Shown one piece after another: positions 1 through 16,100 of a stretch of 64,000 nucleotides of DNA (within the stretch, counting starts at the first letter, position 1; the number at the start of each line of letters is the position of its first letter). Both the position numbers and the translations under genes were made by a program. The notes beneath the pieces are model-generated. The model did not search any database, had not been told where the DNA came from, and saw only the letters and a program-made list of their open reading frames with translations. Source of the stretch: Bugula neritina (Eukaryota > Animalia > Bryozoa); assembly GCA_964035545.1 (NCBI GenBank), contig OZ037768.1, positions 23,903,319-23,967,318 of the forward strand, written 5' to 3'.

Positions 1-2691
1 AGGCAAGAGAAGATAAATCATATATATGAGTGACCGGTTAAATACATCATTTAGAGTTACCTGAAAAAAACACCATTTATCAGGTTATCTTTGGACTTTA
101 AATTGACCAATTGGGTATTTAAAAGTAAGAATTAAACAGAAAGTAAAATAGTTACAATAATGATAATTTATTATACGCTTAATTTAAATTTCAACTAATT
201 ACAATGGTGATACAATGATGAGTTAAAGTAAAGTGAGCTAACATGGTCATGCACTAAAGGAAGTTCCTTCTAAGTATGATGCACAAAATGCCAGAGAGCA
301 ACATAGCAAGCACCTGTTGGAGACTGTCACCCCAGGAATTAGTAATGAGAGAATGAGTCATTTCTTTACAGCATAAATACTTTTGATTTCTTCATTTAGT
401 CTAGAAGTTTAGCAGTTTAAAAATAGCAATGCGTTGGAGCAGTAAAGATTTGCAAAATGTTTGGTCTATTTAAAACGTTAAAATTGCAAACGCTTTAGTC
501 TTAGCACCTTAGATTTATTTCCCCAAAGTGTGATGGAATTTCGACCTGAAAAGAAATGTTAGGAAGATTTCCAGTGAGAGTAAGAGTTGTGCACACCTTG
601 CCCAATAGCTCCTACACCTACACAGACATAGCTCAGACACCGTAGTGCCACAATATTACTAGAATCTCATTGGAGGACATCTCCATGATAGTGCTAGCCA
701 CTTCCTGTGAGTTCGCCTGCTCATCCAAGTGCTTGAACGGCCACGTCTCATCCAGCACTTCCGAGTAGAGACCCAAATAGACTGTTACAGCATGACGCAC
801 GTAGCGACTGTCTAAACATATCTCATATATACCCTTCTCAGTGAGGTGTAACCTACAGAATGTAATACTAAATATATACCCTTCTCAGTGAGGTGTAACC
901 TACAATATGTAATAATAAATATGTGAAGAAAAATCTACAGCATATAACAAAGAAATGGGAAGGCTGGGAAAATAACAAAGTAATACAATATACGGAATAA
1001 TATAATATAATAAAGCGCAAAATATAATATTTATAATTCTAAGGCATACTTGCCATGGCAGGGAAAATTTACATTACACAACCTTCAAGTATTATTATAT
1101 AATTTAAAGGCAAAGAGGTATTGTACATTTGTTCTTTGTAATTCTAAATATGCTTAAAAATGCTCATAAAGGTACAGTTTAAGCAGTATTTAAAACTCAA
1201 CATAATCTTATTGAAGTTTTACTTTGCAGGTAAAAACTTCTGGGCTAGTGGCATTCACGGAGTTAACATTGTAGGAGACATTTTCTATTAGGGCCACTGT
1301 ATTTGTGTATTTTGATTCTAAGAACTTACTGGTGAGAGTTATGTGGTCTGTTTATATCAGCAACGACTATTGAATTAGCAGGTGATTTGATCTCAAAGTT
1401 GATTGGTGATTGGTCCAACACCTGAAAACAAATCCAATTATGAGCCTAAAATTATGATTCAATCAAAGTAAATATATCTTAAAAAGTTTCGAATCAATAT
1501 GATCGATCTATGGTTTCAATGTCTATCACAAGTATAAAAGTTAATTTAAAACATTTCATAAACAATTGAAAAAAATTTAATTCTTATTTATGCCAGAAGA
1601 AGATTGCAAAGTTATCTACTTGATTGGCAACAGGCAGTGTCAAACATAATCTACGATTTACAACCCTACATCATCTACATCACAACAGAAATGACACCAA
1701 AAATAACTTCTAATGGTGAAATGATCAAGAAAAAACCAACAGCAATTGATAAGCAAAATATTTTTGCTTTCACAACTTTGTCAATAGTGATCCATAAAGG
1801 CCACTCTCTACTTTCATTTCAACTTCGTGATTTCAAATTACCCAAAACTTGTTGAAATTCATAAAACTAATTATCATGATTAGCATTACAATGACAGCAA
1901 GTATATTTATATTGATAGTTGATCTTGCTGTTATAAGCTTACACTCGTCTTTCGGTAAGTCATAAAGTCGTAAAAACTCACAAGTAAAAAAGTGAGAGAG
2001 CTGTCAAAATAAAAATAAACTATTAGTATAACTAATTAGTATAACTGTTGTTATACCTATTACTAATACCGAGTATTAATATTACTACTACTAGTATTAG
2101 TAGTATTACCTAGTATTAGATTTACTCCTAATATTTAATTTTGTTGTCCTAATACTAATAGTAATACTAATAGCATATTCACATTATAAACTGACACTAA
2201 TAACATTAACAATAAATTCAATACCTAATCTTATAAATACAGCTACTAGTACTAGTAGTAGTGATAGTGGTGATACTAATACTAATAGTAATAGTAATAC
2301 TAATAGTACTTTAGTAGCAGTAGCAAGAGTAGTAGTAATAAAATACAGCCTACATTAATTTTAAACTTAATAGTATCTATATCAGCATAAGTGTTACTAT
2401 TAGTTTTAGTTTTCCTGTGTCTATTGAAAAGAAGAAAATACCTAAAACTTAAAACTAAATAATAAAAATAAAATAGCAAATTGAAATAGTTTTTCATGTA
2501 ACTACCTGATAATCAAATTCTACACCAGCCAAAGTGTCAACAATTGGTTGATAAAAACACTCTTTTCTTCCAGCAGGAACCAAAACAGTGTAATCATATC
2601 CAAAGCCATTTACATAATTATGATGGCCGAGAAGCAACAAACCGAGAAAAACAATCGCATGATGCTGGTAAAAATCACATAACGATCTCAT
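1..2691 (-). CDS. p24/emp24 gamma-subfamily (TMED1/TMED5-like) GOLD-domain cargo receptor, multi-exon, 3' part outside the window
   Basis: Exons 2691-2506 (signal-peptide-like start, then DYTVLVPAGRKECFYQ...EFDYQ), 1421-1330 (VLDQSPINFEIKSP...) and 852-660 (LHLTEKGIYEICLD...) join in frame at GT-AG sites. PAGxKECFYQ and GxYxxCxD are GOLD-domain motifs. A further short exon starting at 60 is possible. Confidence 0.85.
825..918 (-). repeat. 47-bp tandem duplication spanning the TMED exon-3 acceptor
   Basis: atatatacccttctcagtgaggtgtaacctaca... occurs at 825 and 872. On the minus strand each copy contains tgtag|GTTACACCTCAC; the in-frame exon starts at 852. Confidence 0.9.
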
Positions 2692-2970
2692 AATTAAAAC
2701 AATTGTTTTAGAGCTGAGAAAATACAGCGACGACTTCTTTAATTGACTGTTTATAAAGTTAAACTAGCACGTCAATCATAAACTAATTCATGTAAATTAA
2801 ATAACAAATAACAACCACGATCACAATGTCAATGTGACTAGCACATGCAATCATGCAACGTTCATTGAATATCAAAATTTCCAGCTGTGGCCTTGAACTT
2901 CATTATGTGGCATTAGCCTGAGAGGTACATAAGCTAGCGAGTTTATACATCGAACTCAATAATATCTTTT

Positions 2971-5030
<2,060 letters not shown>

Positions 5031-6947
5031 GTAATACCCGGCCAGCGTGAATTGTTCTATAAGCAGTTCTGAGTTGGAGGTGAATGAGTGAATGAGTGCA
5101 ATAATTTGGGTTTCTGGAGTTTGGAGTTCCAACTTACACCCCCCAACTCCAAACTTAGGAGTCTCAAGCTACTACTGCTTATTGCGCCTCACTTTAAAAA
5201 ATCTCTAATTTCACAAAACATTTGAGCTTCAACAACAAGAAACAACATAATATAATGAAATTAACCTTTCATTTGAAGCATGACTGGTTCTTGCACCATT
5301 TTTGATTTATATTTGAAGTGCAATATTGCTGAGTTTAGCAGCATGTATATAGAAGAGTTTCTTCATGCTACTGCAAACTTTAACTCATAAATTCAATGAT
5401 ATCTTTTTGCAAAAAAAACTATTTTAATAAAGTCAGTGTATTAATGACAGCACCTGCTAACATCATGATTAGACTGTCTGCATAAAATTACACTTGAGGA
5501 AGAAATGGTGCAAGCAAGTTTATAGAATTGCTGCACAGAAAACTAGACACTTTAATAATAATTCACACACAGCTCTATGTTTAGAAGCTACTACAGGCTT
5601 TTAATTGTGATTAAAGTTGCATATACCAACCATTTATAGTTTATTTTCTTGACTCAACACTTTCCATGCTACTTGCATAATTTCACAGTTCTCTTACTCA
5701 CAGTTTCTTTACTAAAATAATCAATATTTTATACGCATTTCGGAGTTGGTCTATTTAATATTTTATTTTCTGTTGTGTGTTATATATCAACTAAAATCAA
5801 TTTTAATAGCTTCATTAACTCTTAATATTATACGCCAAAATATTGGTTTTAAAGATTCTTATGAAATCCTTTAAAAGTTATTTTGACAGATGTGAATAAT
5901 GCTTCCATATATGTTTTACATGCTGTATTAAAGCAATTGTAGAATATTACTATACGTATAAATGTAATAAATTCTATTTCAAAAGACTTCACCGAAATTG
6001 TCATTTGAGAATGTTATGTTCGCCATCAGTGCTATGCTTTTGTTATGTTGCTATGATTATATAGGCAATGTACATTATAGGCAAGACTCATCACTCCTTT
6101 GCTAAGCCAAGCAAGAAATTCTCTATATAATAATATTGTGATGATGCGATAAGTGTGTCCACCATGTACATACATTACGAAATGTAAAATGTACAATGCT
6201 ATGCACTTTGAGCATAACAGCACACAGTAAATAGCAATATTTCACCGCATTCAGATAAAGTCTTTAAATATACACCTTAAATTTGCAAATGTTAAAAAAA
6301 AGAATTATATAGATTGTTTGGTAATCAATGCATAAATATTATGTGAAACTGCTTTTTGCTGACAATCATCACAGGCAAGATATTTTCACTGACATGTTCA
6401 GGATTTGGAGTAAATAAGAATTATGTTGTCATGAATGAGAAAGGGCTTTTATGCTCAATATCACTACAAATATGGGTTTTGAAAGGGCCCATCTTTGTAT
6501 ATACAAAAGGTGTGAATACTAAAGCATGATTTGTTTATTTTACTGAGATTTCAGTGGGCAAGCGCATCTTTGTACCCTTTTCTCGGTTATAATACTCACA
6601 GATCAGGACAAGTGGTTGATGCTTATATGGAGTTGTCTTCTTTATTATAAAACGGTAACCATGAATATGCAACTTGATTATGAGTGTTTCGCATCATATT
6701 ATTATTAAAATTTTGTAAATAATTTTTAAACGTTGAATCTATTTAATGATATTACAAAATTAAATATTTAATAGTTTGAAGAAAATCAAAAGTTTACGTC
6801 TTTATTAGCCTGCCGAGAAAACATATCAAGTGCACGTGTACTCGGCAGAGATTTGCAACTGCGTTCACTGTGAGTTTGCATTTTATCACGTCTACGATTC
6901 TTGACTTTTCTGAAGGTTTCAACTTGAAATTAATAAGTTATCTCAAG

Positions 6948-9900
6948 ATGTTATCAAGACTTGCTAAACCTACTGTAGCTTCATGCATTAATTCGTTTGT
7001 TCGATCGTTCAGTGTTTCGGCAAAGGTTAGTCATACTCATACTGATACTCATAGTGATAGTGTAAACATTAGTGATTACATTTTGATTTACTGATTAGTG
7101 ATTAACATTTTCATTTTTATTTACTTTTAGTTTTGTGTACTTTCAGTTTAAGTTTAACAATAACTTATAGTTATTGTTTTAAGTTTTAGATTTGCATGTA
7201 ACCGTAAGTTGTAATGTTGTAATTAAGACTTAAGTTTAACACCCACCTGGCTTTCTACTTCTAGTTCTTTTCACTTTGATTTCACGCTCAGACGCAGTTT
7301 TAGTTGAAGTTTAAGAAAGGGGAAAATCCAAGTTGTATATAAAAGTATATTAAATTGAAGAGTTCTTGCGCAATATGCCTGTTACGGGGTGCTCAGCAGG
7401 AATAATTAATCTGATCTGATCAAGTTTTTCAGGTTCCATACTTTTGAGGCTGAGAAAATTACCAACAGTAACAGTACATTAACTATAAATCAAAATTAAA
7501 AGTAACTTCATATAGTACTAATACTTAGCCTTATGCTTGTAGTTATAGTTATTGCTCATTTGCTATTGGCTAATTCATGTTGATGCTGATATTTGAAATT
7601 ATTAAATTTAATGGAGTTGAATTAAAAGTAAAACATTGATATTGATATTCACATTCATATTGATATTGGTGATGAAGCTCATTAATTAATATTATTAGTA
7701 ATACTAATAGTATTGCTATGAAGATCTATGTTATAATATCAATATTGTGAACCCGATAAATTTATTATTATGCTTGTAGTTATTATTATAGTATTATGAA
7801 TTGTTAATGTATAACAATAGATTACAATTGACTATTTTCAATATTACTAATAATATTATATTAAATTTTTATGCTTAGCATTTAAAATGAAATTCAAATT
7901 GTGTTAACATGAATTTCAATTTATTTTTATAAACATATGCCTAGGGTCTATAGCATTGACATTTAGGATTTTATTTTGTTATATATTTCTCAGTTGCAGA
8001 CTCTCCCCAGCTCCAGTGATGGGCAAGGAGTAAGTAATGTTAGAATTTGCCAGGTTGAATGTTCCTTGTCTTTAACTTTTGGGCAGTAATAATTGTCCTA
8101 TATTTATATTAATGATTGCTTTTGAATTTGTTTTGTGTCTCAAACATTTCTCAAGTGAATAAAAACAAGGTGAGATAGATGTCGCCAAGAGCTGCATTGC
8201 TATTAACTCCTCATAAAATGTTTCAATAATATTCATTTGCCAGATCATGAACTTCTGCTACAATCCACCAGATTTTTGTTAATAACTTGACTCTAATATG
8301 TTTACTGTACTCAATGGCACAAGTTTTTAACCTATTCACTCATGATTTTAACACGAGCTCACATATATGGAATGTCTGTTCAACTTTGTTTCATTGTGTT
8401 TTTATTATTTTCAACTCTCAAATCAGCATTGTCTGCTGCTATTTCAAGCTTTTGGTTGTCTGAGGCCTCTCGAGGGGAAATAATTCTATATTTCTATTAC
8501 CTAACCAAGTGCCTCATATTTGTGAATTTAAATGAGAGTTATAAATATATGAATATGCTAACTGAGGCAGCTAGTAGAGGTATGCTCATTGCTGTTTGTG
8601 GCTTATACAGATCATGTTAATGGAAATCTAAGAATGAAATTTATCTCCTCTCTTGAAATAATCAAAATAAAAATTGAATTCAGATTCAAATTAAAAAGCA
8701 GTTGTGTTTCAGCTTATCTTCCTGGATATGGCATTTCACATATTTCAGATCATGAATTTATGTTGCCGGGAATATTAGGTGAAGGTCAATACATCAACTA
8801 AGTAGTCTGCTTGGTCTTATTCAGTAAGTTGTTGTAAGTTGACAAAGTTGTTGAGCTGCAGTAAGAATGCTATTGTATTACACAGCGAGATGGTATGAAG
8901 GTAGCAGTACTGGGAGCTGCGGGTGGTATAGGTCAGCCCCTCTCCCTTCTGCTGAAGCTGAACCCCCTGGTTAGCCACCTCTCCTTGTTTGACATCGTGC
9001 ACACCCCAGGGGTGGCTGCTGACCTCAGTCACATGTGCACTCCGGCTCACGTGACTGGGCACATGGGCACTGACCAGTTGGAGGCGTGTCTTTCCGGCTC
9101 TAACATCGTAGTCATACCCGCCGGTGTACCCAGGAAGCCCGGTAAGTGTGTAAGTGTAGTGTACGTACAGTAGACAGCTGCTGATGTAGTGTACGTACAG
9201 TAGACAGCTGCTGATATAATGTAGTGTACGTACAGTAGACAGCTGCTGATGTAGTGTAGGTACAGTAGACAGCTGCTGATGTAGTGTAAGTACAGTAGGC
9301 AGCTGCTGATGTAGTGTACGTACAGTAGACAGCTGCTGATGTAGTGTACGTACAGTAGACAGCTGCTGATACAGTGTAGTGTACCGACATAATGGTGTTT
9401 CTAGGCATGACCAGGGACGACCTGTTCAACACAAACGCCTCTATTGTGAGAGACTTGGTGGACGCCTGCGCCAAGTTCTGTCCTGAGTCCATGATCTGCA
9501 TCATCTCAAACCCAGTAAGTGCTGCCATGCTGCCTCTGCTATGTGCTGCCTCTTGTTGCTAAGAGAAATGCAAAGCAGAACTTAGAATTATATATATTAT
9601 AAACCCCTTTTTAAGATGCGGGAAATGTTTCGAAATCGGTTAAGTACTACTTTTCACTCTGATGTGTTTGTATCACTTTGTTTCTCATAATTGTAACTAA
9701 CCATTAATAGTGCTACTCTACGTACTCAGTAACTATCAACTATTACTCTACTCTGTAACTATCAACTATTACTCTACTCAGTAACTATCAACTATTACTC
9801 TACTCAGTAACTGTCAACTATCACTCTACTCAGTAACTATTAATCATTACTCCAGGTAAACTCAACTGTCCCTATAGCCTCAGAGGTGATGAAACAGCGA

Positions 9901-11693
9901 GGAGTGTATGATCACAGGAGAGTGTTTGGAGTCACCACGCTGGATGTGGTTCGAGCCAACACCTTTGTAGCTGAGGCTAAGGTTGGTAACAGTCAGTCTT
10001 GACATGTATATCACTCTATACTCTATATCACTATATACTCTGTACTCTATGTTATATACTCTATATTATATACTCTATACTCTATATTATATACTCTATA
10101 CTCTATATTATATACTCTATACTCTATATTATATACTCTGTTCTCTATATTATATACTCTATACTCTGTATTATATACTCTGTATTCTATATTCTATATT
10201 ATATACTCTATACTCTATATTATATACTCTATATTATATACTCTGTATTCTATATTATATACTCTGTTCTCTATATTATATACTCTGTACTCTGTATTAT
10301 ATACTCTGTATTCTATATTATATACTCTGTTCTCTATATTATATACTCTATACTCTATATTATATACTCTATACTCTGTATTATATACTCTGTACTCTGT
10401 ATTATATACTCTGTATTCTATATTCTATATTCTATACTCTATACTCTATATTATATACTCTGTATTCTATATTATATACTCTGTACTCTATATTATATAC
10501 TCTATACTCTGTATTATATACTCTATACTCTGTATTATATACTCTATACTCTGTATTATATACTCTATACTCTGTATTATATACTCTATACTCTGTATTA
10601 TATACTCTATACTCTATATTATATACTCTATATACTTATATACTCTCTGTATTATATAACTGAACACATTAGCTGTGCTGTGTTGGAACACAATGAGTCC
10701 TTTACACTCCGTTACTTCTTTTCTTTATTTTTCAGTCAATTGACTACATCTTTTCTAACAGAGGGATTAACTTGCAGGCTATACTATTTCTATGTTCTAG
10801 TATATTCATTGTATATTCATTGTATTATATAATATACTATATACTATATACACGTGTTGTAGCACTATATTATATACTATATACACGTGTTGTAGGACAG
10901 AGATGTGGCCCATGTCAACGTACCAGTAATTGGGGGACACAGCGGGGAGACTATCGTACCTCTGCTTTCACAGGCTACTCCCAGAATTACCTTCCCTCGT
11001 GTAAGTATACGGCACATCTCTCTGTCTGTATGTCTCTCTGTCTGTATGTCTGTATGTCTGTCTGCATTGTATAGCTTGTAAGAACACAGCCGGCAGCTGC
11101 TGTGTGTGTATATTAGGTGTTTTACTCATGTTCATATGTCTGTATAGGAAGAGAGAACTAAAATGATAGAGAGAATACAGAACGCTGGTACAGAAGTGGT
11201 GGAAGCTAAAGCCGGCGCAGTAAGTGTCTATCTGTGTATAGTATATACTATATAGTATATGATATCTGCTGTAACATGTAGCCCCTTGCTGATTGGCTGA
11301 TTATCCTTTCCAGGGCTCGGCCACCCTCTCCATGGCGTACGCTGGAGCCAAGTTCACCGGGTCACTTCTGGACGCTTTGAACGGCAGAGAGGATGTTGTG
11401 GAGTGTACGTTTGTTCAGTCAGACGAGACGGAGTGTACTTACTTCGCTACTCCTATTCTACTCGGTGTAAGTTATATTCTACTATGTGTAAGTTATATTA
11501 TACTAGGTGTAAGTTATATTCTACTAGGTGTAAGTTATTCTTGCTATTTCAGAAACGTGGAATCGAGCAGAACCTTGGTATCGGCAGACTTGCTGACTTT
11601 GAGGTCAGCCTGCTAGAGAAAGCCATCCCAGAGCTGCAGAAGAACATCACAAAAGGAGAGGAATGGATCAAGTCAAATCCCGCCGGCCAATAG
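6948..11693 (+). CDS. MDH2: Mitochondrial malate dehydrogenase, 8 coding exons
   Basis: Exons 6948-7025 (Arg/Ser-rich transit peptide), 8886-9141 ([20 protein letters not shown]...PAGVPRKPG), 9405-9514 ([11 protein letters not shown]), 9856-9981 (VNSTVPIA...[10 protein letters not shown]), 10896-11000 ([18 protein letters not shown]), 11148-11219 ([16 protein letters not shown]), 11314-11466 ([10 protein letters not shown]) and 11553-11693. All introns are GT-AG and in frame. Confidence 0.97.
9155..9384. repeat. 30-bp minisatellite filling MDH2 intron 2
   Basis: tgtagtgtacgtacagtagacagctgctga, about 7 copies. Confidence 0.95.
9712..9850. repeat. ~26-bp minisatellite next to the MDH2 intron-3 acceptor
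   Basis: ctactcagtaactatcaactattact, about 5 copies. Confidence 0.9.
10010..10660. repeat. Low-complexity 7/14/21-bp satellite in MDH2 intron 4
   Basis: tatattatatactctatactc and variants. Confidence 0.95.
11454..11537 (+). repeat. 21-bp x4 array spanning the MDH2 exon-7 donor
   Basis: tattctact(c/a)(g/t)gt|gtaagtta repeated. The functional donor is at 11467 and the intron is only 86 bp. Confidence 0.93.
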
Positions 11694-11780
11694 AATGCCT
11701 CCTTACTTCATATCTAGCATTGCTGGCCAATGGAATGCCTCCTTACTTCAAATCTAGCATTGCTGGCCAATAGCATGCGT
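11682..11780 (+). repeat. 40-bp tandem repeat spanning the MDH2 stop codon
   Basis: ggccaaTAGaatgcctccttacttcatatctagcattgct, about 2.5 copies. Confidence 0.9.
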
Positions 11781-13143
11781 CTTTGCTGTTAATATTTTGC
11801 ACCAAGAGCCTGTAGGGCCACCCCCTTACTACTAATACCTCAGAAAACACCAAATTAATACATTTCTTGTGTGTGTCTTGGAGTTGTCACACCTTCAGAC
11901 CAGATCTATCCCAATACTGTGTTGTTTAATTTGTTGGTCATTTGGATTTTATAAAATTTTGTAGAGAAATCTTGATGTGCAGAGTATTCTCAGACTAAGT
12001 AGGAAATTTTATTGTATCATAATAGCTGTTTGTCCTTGACATAACGCGGTTCAGGATTTTATATATTTTGTTCTATTTGGTTATCATGTGCCAAGTTTTC
12101 AGCTTTGGCTGTTTTGGTAATAAAGAGTTTAAAATGGACCCATTTGTACTCTCTTATTGCCAGCGTATAACTAGATGCTTAATGTGTATCCACTACCAGG
12201 CTAATTACCTACCAGGATGTCAAGAATCACCTGCAAACACTGATGAATCATGCAATATTCAGTTTCTCTAACTGAACTTTATTTCCTGTGTTGCTACCTT
12301 CATAATGTCTTGTTGCTCTATTTAGTGTGTTTACATGCTGCAAATAGCTAGTTAGTAGTAGCTAGTAATTAAATTGCTTCTGTGTGCATGTATGACTTGG
12401 CTGGTATGAGTGTATGACCTAGAGGGTATTGATTGATTGATTTATTGCATATCACAGACATGAAAACACTTTGTGAAATTCAGTGTAAATACTGACTATA
12501 ATAAATAGTCATGAACGAAATTGGAAAAATCTCAGAACTCTGCTGGATTATTTAGAATAAAAATTATTCAAAGTATACATTTTAAATGTTATAAGAACGT
12601 TTTATAGCAAGCATTCTAATTGGTGCAGCTTGCTGCTTGTTGAATAATTTGAAATAGCCAATTCTAGTGCACACAGCTTCATTGTACATTTTCTGACGAT
12701 AAGGAATAAAAATGGAGTGTTGGGTTCATTGTATCTTGTAACTAGGCATCAATAAGGATCCAAGAGTTCAACTTGGATAACACATTTGTGTATAATAGGA
12801 GTTGTTATCTTTGGAATATAAAGTGACCTAACCAATGAACTCAATAATTATTAACTATTCCAGCTCAGTGGACCTAACACTGTCGTGGTCCAAAATGCTG
12901 TAGCCACACTAATGCCGATAACTATTCATACGGAATTAGAGACGCTAAACTAGAAGAACTTTTGTGAAAGTTTACAATACGCTTGCGTAGCTTCCTTAGT
13001 AAACATGGCGGTAGATATGAAAATTTGATTAGTACCCCTATTTTTTGCAAATGTTACACATGGTCACTAAATTTCGCCCGTCTTATCATTGATGTGAACA
13101 GCTTTGAAATTTTTTGAAATCATATCTAGTCATTTTATTTGTC

Positions 13144-16100
13144 ATGTCTGCAGGTTAGTGTTATCTCACATGTAATTTACTCACAAAGTTAAAATCGTTA
13201 CGGTTATTTTCATTTTCATTTTGATTTTCTTTTGAAAAAAAAGTTAAAAAAGTTCGTGCTACTTTTACTTTTAATTATTAGTTTTTTCAGTATTATGATA
13301 ATTTTTGAATCAACAGTAACCTCAACGTTCAGCTCAATTTGAACTTAGGTGGTAGTTCCGGATTAGTTTGAGTTTCTTTTAAAAAGAGTGATTGACTAAT
13401 CTCTAATCAGTTCAAATAGTTATGATTTTAAATGTAAGTATTTTATTTTAAAATAAAATTAATCATAATTGAAAGCATCATTTTTATTGAGTTGTCTGTT
13501 TAATTTTTTTCAACGATTATACTATTCTTGGCTTATGTTAAATTTAAAGTTAATGTAGGCTGAAAAACTTACTAAATTTAATTTAGAATGGCATTCTGAT
13601 AGTTATACTGATGGTGATACTCATACTGAAATTAATTGTTGACATTTCAATATTGTTCATAGTATATTAGTAATATTTGTGAATGATTTTAAACTATAAA
13701 TGTTAGTAAGTATTTGAGGTTTACTAAACGAAATAAAAGTAATGCTGATAAAAGTTTATTGTTGAGGGTTGATCGTATCACACATTGGCTGTAATTGTAT
13801 GACCAACATGATAAGTTGATCTTTTAGTTTGGCAGCATCCCTATGTGAATGTCTTTAGACATTTTGATATAGCTCAATGGAAGAAATCAGCTAAAGAAGG
13901 TGATGTTTCAACATGCATGGTATGCAATCGATTTATGTATACAAGATTCTGTAGCTCATGACTTTTATCTTTTATTTCTAGGCTACCCTGTTTTAGGCAA
14001 ATGAGAGCTTGATTCTCTTTTGTCAAAAGGATCACAACTATTTGTTTTTTCTTAAGATATAATTGAATTTTGTGTAATGAAAGAAAAAGTTGTCTAGCCT
14101 GTCTTTAAATGTCATTACAAATATTGTAAAAGTTTAAACAAATAAAATCATGGTTTGGTTGTGTTTTACTTATTTAATCAAACTTCAATGACCTTGTCTA
14201 TCTTAATTCCTGACACCGTATTGATAATAGACTACACTTTTATGAAATATGCATATAATAAGATAACTTACAAACAATTTGGTGCTTTTTAGGATAAGAC
14301 AGTGAAATGTACGGTGTACAGAGTTGTTGGAGTGATCCCCGCGAATAACTATATTCAGCTACCAAAAACGGGCTCGCAGTCGCTGGGTTTAACCGGCAGA
14401 TATGTTTACATTTCCTTCAAACCAATTCCTGAGCGGTACTTTGTCATGCATCTTGATGTTGCCAGCGAAGATGGTCTGATAATCAGGTGAGACATGACTC
14501 ATACTCTGATGATCAGGTGAGATATGACTCATACTATGATAATCAGGTAATACATGACTCATACTATGATAATCAGGTAATACATGACTCATATTATGAT
14601 AATCAGGTAATACATGACTCATACTATGATAATCAGGTGAGAGATGACCCATACTCTGATAATCAGGTGATGCATGACTCATTTTCTTAAATACTATGAG
14701 AATGTATTTAATTTGAGGCTTTGCTTGTCATTGAAATAGTTGAAATGATTAAATTTCGAATAAAAAGCTTTAAAACTGTCATTTAAGTTATTTTTGTATG
14801 AATTTTATAATCACTTCATTCCTGATTATGTAGTATTTCTTTGGGCTGTATACAATGTATTGTTTTGTATTGTAGGATTTCATTTTCTAATCTGTTTAAA
14901 GAATTCAAGTCGACATCAACATGGCTGCAGTTTCCTTTTGTGGTCACTCCTGCTCAGGATACTGTGGAGTATCAGACTAGTCGTCTCACTAAACTCGGTC
15001 AGTAGAATCAAGAGAACTAGGGCTATGTTAGAGCTATTCTGTACATTATGTATTCCTGTGAGGAGTTTTACAGGAATTTAGTGTTGGCTGATTTGATTGG
15101 CCGATGATATGAGCTTGTTGATTGGCTAATTATTGTATAAACACAACACTTTGAGGTCTTCTGTATTTACCATGTCTTCAGATAGTATAGAATTACTAAC
15201 CAACGGAATATTTTGTGTTCTACAATGTAGGTAGACCCAAATGTTTACAACATAATTTATTTTTACTATCATTTTTCTTTACCTAATGCATTCATAGGAT
15301 TCTTTATCTCCAAATAGATGATTTTTATGGAAAGGTGTATTCAGCTAATACATAATACTGTCACTGTACTGCAGTTCTTTTTGTATTAACATCCTGTTTA
15401 TATGCATATACAATGTCTAATGTCTATACAACAGCTGAACCTTGCGCTGCCCCCCAGTCTACTAGATGGACTCTACTAGTACTAGACTTACAGTATATGC
15501 TGAGTATCTACCTCAACAGGGCTTACAGTCATGTCAAAACTTTGAGAATGTGTGCCAACACTCTGATTAAAGGCCTTTACACTAGTGACAATTACTATGA
15601 GCCAGGTACGTCATGGGTTGTCAAGCACCTGCTGTCACCAATTGTGTCATGTTGATAGCATTTGCTATTGCTGTCACACAGTAACTGATAGTTATCACTT
15701 ATGCCTGCACTTGTTAGTGACCAACACTGGCTGATACTTGTCAATTGTGTGTATATGCACTAGCAGGCACTGACTAACACTTGCCAGCTCTGATGTCACT
15801 TCTCCCCTGCTGATGTATGAATCATGTCTGTAGGCACTAGCAGGCACTGACTAACACTTGTCAGCTCTGATGTCACTTCTCCCTGCTGATGTATGAATCA
15901 TGTCTGCAGATGCTATCAGTAACAAAGACTTTATATTTCTTTCAGGCATAAGTTTGGATGAAGCTAAGCGACTGGGACTCCCTGAGAGAGGTATTCAGGC
16001 TCTACCTAGAGAGTTATCTTTCCCTCTTCAAAAATCTGAAAAGTGGCATGAGAAATATGACCTAATAAGGTATAGTGGAATATGACCTAATAAGGTATAT

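Noticed and set aside
500-545. Candidate TMED exon after tttcag at 546 (minus strand)
   Set aside because: In the required phase it reaches a stop after 14 codons and shows no p24 similarity.
5118-5155. Small inverted repeat agtttggagtt...aactccaaact
   Set aside because: An 11-bp stem only; not enough to call an element or RNA.
9983-10832. 226- and 277-aa Tyr/Ile/Leu-rich ORFs
   Set aside because: They lie in the MDH2 intron-4 satellite and are open only because the repeat lacks stops.
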